In this document: positions 57,630-64,000 of the stretch, piece after piece
Position numbering within the stretch: position 1 is the stretch's first letter
Layout of the letters: each line of letters starts with the position of its first letter
Origin: Leptolyngbyaceae cyanobacterium
Lineage (GTDB): Bacteria; Cyanobacteriota; Cyanobacteriia; Phormidesmidales; Phormidesmidaceae
Assembly: GCA_050331235.1 (NCBI GenBank)
Contig: JBHJHA010000017.1
Coordinates: 61,948 to 125,947 of the forward strand
DNA: 64,000 bases
Direction: 5' to 3'
The notes under the pieces: model-generated
Told to the model about the DNA's origin: nothing
Databases searched by the model: none
Seen by the model: only the letters and a program-made list of their open reading frames with translations
Made by a program: the position numbers and the translations under genes

Positions 57630-58622
57630 ATGATTAATAATGGTTCACACCCTCGTAACGCGATTTCTCAGGCAAATGAAATGACGTCACCACTCGCTGG
57701 TGACGCTGGAAATGTGGCATCTGAAAAAAGTGAGAAACACAAGAAAAAGCATAAAAAGTCGAAGTCTCAGCGAGGCAAAAAGGCAACACCTCCCACCGCA
57801 GAGCGGAAAGTTTTTCAGTACTCTTCGGAATCAGAAGGTAGCTCTAAGCTCCCAAAAAAGTTTTATGAGAAAGAACTGGCCCGATTGCAGGTCGAGTTGG
57901 TCAAAATGCAGTACTGGGTGAAGCAAACAGGAGCGCGTATTGTCATTATCTTTGAAGGTCGCGATGCAGCGGGGAAGGGTGGCACGATCAAGCGCATCAC
58001 GGATCCGCTCAACCCTCGAGGCTGTCGTATTGTCGCTTTGGGAACACCGAGCGATCGCGAAAAAACTGAGTGGTATTTTCAGCGGTACGTCGCTCACTTG
58101 CCTGCTGCAGGAGAAATTGTCTGTTTTGACCGTAGCTGGTATAACCGCGCCGGCGTCGAACATGTCATGGGATTTTGCACAGATGAGCAATATCGTGAGT
58201 TTATGCAAACCTGCCCTCTGTTTGAACAGATGCTCGTTCGTTCCGGCATTATTCTGCTGAAATATTGGTTTTCCGTGAGCGACGAAGAGCAAGAGCGACG
58301 GTTTCGCTCACGGCTCACCGATCCAGCCCGACGCTGGAAACTCAGTCCCATGGACTTGGAGTCGCGCGATCGCTGGCTGGAATATTCCCGCGCCAAAGAT
58401 GCGATGTTTGCCTATACCAATATTCCTGAAGCTCCCTGGTTCACCGTGGAAGCGGATGATAAAAAGCGAGCTCGGCTGAACTGCATCAGCCACATTCTCA
58501 CAAAAATCCCCTATGTCGACATGACGCCGGATCCCATCGAGCTCCCACCCCGTAAGCAAGCTCCTGCTGACTACGTGCGGCCACCCATCAACGAGCAGTT
58601 CTTTGTCCCTCGTAAATATTGA
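57630..58622 (+). CDS. ppk2: Polyphosphate kinase 2
   Basis: FEGRDAAGKGG, FDRSWYNRAGVE, WKLSPMD, DDKKRARLN; start could be 57681. Confidence 0.94.
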   Translation: MINNGSHPRNAISQANEMTSPLAGDAGNVASEKSEKHKKKHKKSKSQRGKKATPPTAERKVFQYSSESEGSSKLPKKFYEKELARLQVELVKMQYWVKQTGARIVIIFEGRDAAGKGGTIKRITDPLNPRGCRIVALGTPSDREKTEWYFQRYVAHLPAAGEIVCFDRSWYNRAGVEHVMGFCTDEQYREFMQTCPLFEQMLVRSGIILLKYWFSVSDEEQERRFRSRLTDPARRWKLSPMDLESRDRWLEYSRAKDAMFAYTNIPEAPWFTVEADDKKRARLNCISHILTKIPYVDMTPDPIELPPRKQAPADYVRPPINEQFFVPRKY

Positions 58623-58655
58623 CCCATATTCGAATTGTGCGGCGAAACCAGTCGC

Positions 58656-61600
58656 CTAATAGTCACTGGCTCCTAGGGAATGCAGCATTTGCCGCTCAGA
58701 GGCGGTCAGCCCGGAGCAATTTCCGATTTGCATCCCTTCATAGGGGCGATCTACCCGTAAACGGCCCTGCTCCTGACCGGTGGCCAGAGACCAGAGACTG
58801 ATTTCGCCGCTTTGGCCCGCACAAACCAGCGATCGCCCATCGGGACTTGCCCCGATGTGCCAGAGGACCTCTGCATGGGGGGTAAACCGAGCGCGGCGAG
58901 TCTGGGTTGTAATCTCCCAAAGCTCAATGGTTTGGGTGTCACTCACAATGGCTACTGGACGATGCTGTTCATCGAGCGTGATTTGGTGGATGTATCCCTC
59001 GCTGAACTGCCAGTCGTTTTGACATTCACTATCGCTGACCTGCCAGGTCCGCACGGTACCGTCGTAGCTGCCACTGTAGAGCTGGTCACCTGCGCGCGAA
59101 AAACAAACGCTATGTACCCGCCGGCGGTGTCCGATCAGCATCTGTAGCGCCTCCCCTTTGACATTCCACCTGCGAATTGTGCGATCGCGACTACCGCTAA
59201 CCACCTGGCGACCATCAGGGGAAAACGTTAATGCCATGACCTGAGCGGCGTGTGCTTGGGTCTTTTGCCAACGGAAGATGCGATTTTCTAAATCCCAGAG
59301 GGCAACCGTGCCCGAAACATCACCCGCCGCCAACAGGATGCCATCTGGGCTGAAGGCCAGAGCCGTCACTGCTTTGGGTAAACGGAGCAGCCGCTGATCC
59401 CAAATTTGCTGCTGACAATCCCATAGATGTATGTTGCCGCCTTCGGTCCCAATTGCCCAGTAGGCAGCTGCTGGGCTACAGGCCAGAGTGCGCGTTAGCG
59501 ATGGATCAGGAATTTGCAAGCGTTCTTGGGGGAGCCATCGCTGTCGGGCCGGCACAAACTGCCAGCATCTGAGGGTCGCATCATCATGGCTGCTGAGCAA
59601 CTGTAAAGGGCTCGTCGAGAGGGCTAACTGACGCGCTGGATGGCGATCGCTACGCCAAACCCGCAAACACTGACTCGCTGGAATCTGCCACCGTTGCACA
59701 GTATAGTCACAGCTCGTCATGAGCTCTGCTCGATTAGGAATAAAGACGAGGGACTCGACTGGGGCTGGATGATCAGTAAGCTGGCACAGTCGCGATCGCG
59801 ATTTCACTTCCCAAATGGATACTTGCTTGCTGACATCACTGGTGGCTAAATACCGTCCATCGGTGCTCAATGCCACCGCCATAAAAGCCTCGCAGGAATC
59901 AGGGATGACGCACACCGGGCGGGCAGACTTCATGTCCCAAATGACAAGCTGGTTTTCGTCGCGACCCACCACCACTGAATGCGTCAACTCGGCAGTCGCG
60001 GAGGGGAGATAGGCCACTGTTCCCAAAAGATTCGTCAAACGGCCGCGAAAGGTCACCACAGCCTCGCCGGTCTCTGCTAGGTCCCACTCATAGGCGGCAC
60101 AGTCTTGGCCACAGCTCAACAGCCGCTTGCTGCAAGGGCTAAAGGCGATCGCCGTGACCGAACCTTGATGGGCCGCCAGGGTGTAGACCTCCTGTCCTGA
60201 GGCCAACTGCCAAATATGCAGACCGCCGGCTTCGTCACTGCCAGCTAATAACTGCTTGTCAGGGCTAAATACCAAGCTGGTCAGGGCCGTTCCCGCATCG
60301 TCGGTGAAATGTTCGGGGCCGTACTCTGACCGCAAATCCCAAAGGCGAATGGTACCATCTTGCCGCGCCTCGGCTAATGTGTGTCCGTCGCTGCTAAATG
60401 CGATTGCCCGAATCGCCTGAGACACAGCTAACATGGCTCGTCGCAGCCGCCCAGTTTGCAGATCCCAAAGCAGCAGGCGGCCATCTTGGTCCCCGGTCGC
60501 CAATGCAGTTGCCGAGAGATTTACAGCAATGACCGGAGACTGCCCCATTGGCTGGGCCAACAGGGCTTGCGTTAGGTCAGCCCCACTGAGAGACATCCCT
60601 TGAAATAAGTCTGACTGTAAGTCGGCCCCCCGCAGCTGTAACCCTTGGAGATCGACATTGACCAATGAAATTTGCCAATGCTGTGCCAAATTAATGATAT
60701 TGCCGGGTCGATAGGTTGGCGTTGCCAGTGCTGCCAACCGTTGACTTTCATGGAATGCTGACGCCAAAAACTGTCGTTTTGCTTGGTAGCTGACGTGGGT
60801 TTTCTCTAAGTGCTGGGCAACAGCTGTCAAAAGCGTTTGGCGCTGCCATTGTTGAGTCATGGCCGGTGCATCTGTTTGCACTAGGGCGTAGCGCCCTAAC
60901 CACTCAAATTGTTGGCTCTCATCCGCGGCAAAAAAAGAAGCTAAGAAGCGATCGCAAAGATAAGGAATTAGCAACTGGGGCAACACTAAATCCCAAGCGG
61001 GTTCAGCCTGTACGACTGAACGGCAGACTCCGCGATCGTACAAAGACTCTAAGGCTCTGAGGGGCAAATCGCGGCCTAAATACTCCCGTAGCTGATGTTG
61101 GGTCAGCGATCGCCGACTCAACATCAGCCAAAACAGAATTTGCCACTCCATATCCGACAATGGAGCTAACCAATTGTCTATATAGTCCGTGACAGCCCGA
61201 TTTTGCGGATGCAGCGCGGCCAAACAAGGACCCAACTGCCCTCTAAAAGACTTCATCAAGGGAGCCGCAACTTCGCCTAGGATTAGATCTGGCAATCCCC
61301 CATAGGTTTCCTGAAGCTGTTGCCATTCAGCTGGGGTGGCGGTGACATTATCAGACCAGGGAGCCAACATTGAGATTTCCTCCGGTGTTAACCCCTCCAC
61401 CGTTTCCAAACGGCAGCTGGAGCCCGCCATGGCACAAATTTCTCGAGGAAACTCTCGACCGACCCAAAACACACAGCTCGGGTGTTCCCGATTGGCTAAG
61501 GCTGATAATAGCTGTAAATAACCTTGAAACGCATCGTCATAGCGCCCGGCTAACTGCTGTGGGCTGCAGAGCTGTTCTGTACTATCTAACACAATCAGCG

Positions 61601-62288
61601 TTGGGCAGTCGGTCAAGACCTGCACTAAAGCATTAATCGCTGCCCCTAAGGAATGCGAAGGTGACGGCTGTAGGCCCAAGCTTGCCTGCAAAAATGTAAT
61701 CAATGCCGTTGGGGCCGGGCGATCGCTCAGTTTCCTGTAGACCAGTCGTTGAAATCGCGATCGCACTTGATCAGCCAGCTTAATGGCGAGCCAACTTTTG
61801 CCACTGCCCGGTAACCCCGAAAGGCACAGCAAGCGTCCCTGCTCCTGCAGCACCCAATCAGTCAGCGCCGCCAAAATCTCTGCACGACCCCGAAAATCGG
61901 TCACATCAAACGGCAATGGATCGATGGATGCTGGCACCGGTGCGATCACCACCGATGTTGAATCTTGGGCCCCATTAGAATCGGCTGAGGTCGCCGGAGA
62001 TGAAGGAGGAGCCTGCTCCGACCAACGTTCAATTGCAGTGCGAAAGTTGGTTTTTTTGACCTGAACTCCCAGTGCTTTTGAAAGGGTGTCCCAGAGTCCG
62101 GGACCAACATCTCGACTTAAGTAGCCTTCGGTATAGCCCGCTTCAGAAGCAATTTTCTGGTAAGTCTGCCGGTTCCACGAGCCCTCTAAAACCACCCGCT
62201 CGATATCACGCAGGCCTTCTGAGCGCACTGCGCGAACAGCCAAATCCGCTACTCGAAACGCCTCGTCGAAACTCATCAACCCGGACAT
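58656..62288 (-). CDS. STAND (NB-ARC/NACHT-like) NTPase with N-terminal HTH and C-terminal WD40 repeats
   Basis: N-terminal QTYQKIA...GPGLW..LS.ALG..VKKTNF, Walker A GLPGSGKS, Walker B LIVLD, short pentapeptide stretch, many WD40 repeats (AFSPDG..SGS.D.TIR.W). Confidence 0.85.
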   Translation of the reverse strand: MSGLMSFDEAFRVADLAVRAVRSEGLRDIERVVLEGSWNRQTYQKIASEAGYTEGYLSRDVGPGLWDTLSKALGVQVKKTNFRTAIERWSEQAPPSSPATSADSNGAQDSTSVVIAPVPASIDPLPFDVTDFRGRAEILAALTDWVLQEQGRLLCLSGLPGSGKSWLAIKLADQVRSRFQRLVYRKLSDRPAPTALITFLQASLGLQPSPSHSLGAAINALVQVLTDCPTLIVLDSTEQLCSPQQLAGRYDDAFQGYLQLLSALANREHPSCVFWVGREFPREICAMAGSSCRLETVEGLTPEEISMLAPWSDNVTATPAEWQQLQETYGGLPDLILGEVAAPLMKSFRGQLGPCLAALHPQNRAVTDYIDNWLAPLSDMEWQILFWLMLSRRSLTQHQLREYLGRDLPLRALESLYDRGVCRSVVQAEPAWDLVLPQLLIPYLCDRFLASFFAADESQQFEWLGRYALVQTDAPAMTQQWQRQTLLTAVAQHLEKTHVSYQAKRQFLASAFHESQRLAALATPTYRPGNIINLAQHWQISLVNVDLQGLQLRGADLQSDLFQGMSLSGADLTQALLAQPMGQSPVIAVNLSATALATGDQDGRLLLWDLQTGRLRRAMLAVSQAIRAIAFSSDGHTLAEARQDGTIRLWDLRSEYGPEHFTDDAGTALTSLVFSPDKQLLAGSDEAGGLHIWQLASGQEVYTLAAHQGSVTAIAFSPCSKRLLSCGQDCAAYEWDLAETGEAVVTFRGRLTNLLGTVAYLPSATAELTHSVVVGRDENQLVIWDMKSARPVCVIPDSCEAFMAVALSTDGRYLATSDVSKQVSIWEVKSRSRLCQLTDHPAPVESLVFIPNRAELMTSCDYTVQRWQIPASQCLRVWRSDRHPARQLALSTSPLQLLSSHDDATLRCWQFVPARQRWLPQERLQIPDPSLTRTLACSPAAAYWAIGTEGGNIHLWDCQQQIWDQRLLRLPKAVTALAFSPDGILLAAGDVSGTVALWDLENRIFRWQKTQAHAAQVMALTFSPDGRQVVSGSRDRTIRRWNVKGEALQMLIGHRRRVHSVCFSRAGDQLYSGSYDGTVRTWQVSDSECQNDWQFSEGYIHQITLDEQHRPVAIVSDTQTIELWEITTQTRRARFTPHAEVLWHIGASPDGRSLVCAGQSGEISLWSLATGQEQGRLRVDRPYEGMQIGNCSGLTASERQMLHSLGASDY

Positions 62289-62333
62289 TACTGACGTTCA
62301 CCCCGATAATAGACCGAGTCTATCCCGTCTGTC

Positions 62334-62363
62334 CTGAATTTTTCTGAGTTTTTCTGAGTTTTT
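62334..62363. repeat. Three tandem 10-bp direct repeats upstream of the STAND gene
   Basis: CTGAATTTTT CTGAGTTTTT CTGAGTTTTT. Confidence 0.75.
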
Positions 62364-62567
62364 AAATTTTGCCCCCAGATCTGATATTCATTAGAGGTTG
62401 GTCCGGCAACTTTTATCGAAGTTCCCGAAAATCCTGACTGCACCAACAACTGAACGACAACACTATCAAGGTCGTCGTATCCTTACATACACACGTTACG
62501 ACTCACAGATTTAGAGCCAAGGTCGTCCCTCGAGAGTCGGGTTTCGAGATCGGAGTGCCATCAACCG

Positions 62568-63188
62568 CTAAATGCGATAGCGAGGGTCGTCCCAGCCCCT
62601 GAATGACTCAAGGGTTTGGCTAACCGCACTGTTTTTCCCTGCCTCCTCAGCCAGCGCCGTCGTACGGCGGCGTCGGTGAGTCCAAGCTACCTGATTATTT
62701 TCTAAGCTGCCAGGTTGCCAAGGCTGAGCGGCACGCTTAGATGGGGCAGGAGCGGGTAGCGACTGTCCGGTTTGCTGCAGTTCGTTGAGCTTTTCGAGTG
62801 CTTTTTCCCATGTCAGGTCAGGCGTCTTGAAAAAGGCTCTCAGGGCTTGCAATACTGCTTCAGATTCCGCTGATTCTCCCAGCTGAATGGGCTGTGACAG
62901 CCTTAGCGGATCGACTTGTACAGCCATAATGCCTTGGCGCACCGCATCGCTAATTTGGCGCCGCATGTCTCTCACAGCGGCCTGCTGCTGATGGTAAAAC
63001 CCTTTTTCACTAGAGGCGTACAGCGTTGGCAAACGATTGAGCGCGTAGGTCACCACCTCTTCCACTTTTAGGTATCGCCGCACCCGAGCGGGCAAATGCT
63101 GCAGCTGCTCTTCGACTTCCTGGACAACCACGCTCTCCATTACATTGATGTAGGTACGCTCCGCCTGGGAAAAATTGGGTTCTTTCAT
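62568..63188 (-). CDS. ComFB-family protein, paralog 2
   Basis: YINVMESVVVQEV...ALNRLPTLYASSEKG...VRQGIMAVQVDPLR; start uncertain (ORF extends to 63347). Confidence 0.82.
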   Translation of the reverse strand: MKEPNFSQAERTYINVMESVVVQEVEEQLQHLPARVRRYLKVEEVVTYALNRLPTLYASSEKGFYHQQQAAVRDMRRQISDAVRQGIMAVQVDPLRLSQPIQLGESAESEAVLQALRAFFKTPDLTWEKALEKLNELQQTGQSLPAPAPSKRAAQPWQPGSLENNQVAWTHRRRRTTALAEEAGKNSAVSQTLESFRGWDDPRYRI

Positions 63189-63506
63189 GTCAAGACTCGC
63201 ATCAATTTTAGATGTTATAACCCCGCAGCTAGACAACTTACTTCGATCGGCACTCTTGCTAATAGCGATCTCAGTTGACAAGCTCCGGCTATCGTCCACC
63301 GGATATTTACTTAATTTAGCCTTAAGGAAGCGCTGGATAAAGTTCACAGAGATCCATTCATGGATACTTGATTAAATGAGGGACTATATGAAGCTTCAAT
63401 ATTTTTTGTTCTGGCGAAACGAATATCAACGCGGCAGTGGAGGCTGACCTAGAGCCTCCCCATTTCGCTGTATGGTGGGTGCGTGATGCTGTCTTAGGCA
63501 ATTGAT

Positions 63507-64000
63507 ATGGCCCGCTCAAATGCCCTGCGATACTACGTCATAACTCGGTTATTGCTGGCTCCGTTGATGATCTGGACGATCACAACGGTTGTGTTTTTGC
63601 TCCTTCGGGCGACGCCGGGCGATCCGGTTGATGCGCTGCTCGGTCCCCGGGCACCAGATGCCGCTAAGGACAGTTTGAGGGCACAGCTAGGGTTAGATGC
63701 GCCCTTGATGATTCAATACCTGCGATATCTTCAAAGCTTGCTGTCGTTTGATTTAGGTACCTCGATCGCCAGCCAAGGCCAAACCGTTTGGGAAATCATT
63801 GGCGCTCATTTTCCGGCTACGGTGGAGCTGACCCTCTGTGGCATGGTAGTCGCTGCAGGGGTGGGGTTGACTGCGGGGGCGATCGCGGCCTCCCGCCCCA
63901 ACTCACCCTAGGGAGCGGGGGGGCGGCTGTTAGGCATCATAACCTATGCTGTGCCGATGATTTGGATTGGCAAGTTGCTCCAGCTACTCTTTGAGGATCA
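63507..64000 (+). CDS. Peptide ABC transporter permease (DppB/OppB-like), partial, with in-frame TAG at 63909-63911
   Basis: RLLLAPLM..VFLLLRATPGDP, LGLDAPL..QY..YL, FPATVEL; permease-like text GGRLLGIITYAVP.IWIG continues in frame after the stop. Confidence 0.85.

Overview
A 64-kb chromosomal window from a cyanobacterium. Evidence: dense HIP1 GCGATCGC octamers, guaB3 followed by the Yfr1 sRNA, ftsH2/ftsH3, crtE, ycf23 and hmpF. It is probably a filamentous Leptolyngbya/Nodosilinea-like strain (inference). Most genes are housekeeping or conserved: anmK, ktrA, guaB3, era, rnc, folD-crtE-DUF212, ppa, purD, gltX, ftsH2, ftsH3, prlC, bcp, hmpF and ppk2. Accessory or unusual elements: (1) an AT-rich cassette of two sulfotransferase-family genes around a GT8-like glycosyltransferase, with a divergent ABC exporter, lying right after yfr1; (2) a response regulator / CHASE2 kinase / stand-alone NfeD-like module with a palindromic candidate operator; (3) four copies of a ~113-bp MITE-like repeat; (4) a candidate unannotated ~75-nt sRNA with two AAACCGAUAA motifs, a hairpin and a terminator; (5) two ComFB-family paralogs; (6) a HTH-STAND-WD40 protein preceded by phased 10-bp repeats; (7) two apparent pseudo-enzymes (LysM-M23, MBL fold). 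Three genes look interrupted (a poly-C frameshift in hhoB, and in-frame TAGs in a pentapeptide gene and in the terminal dppB), and some of these may be sequencing errors. I saw no tRNA, rRNA, CRISPR array or transposase. All family assignments come from motif recognition by eye, not from database searches.
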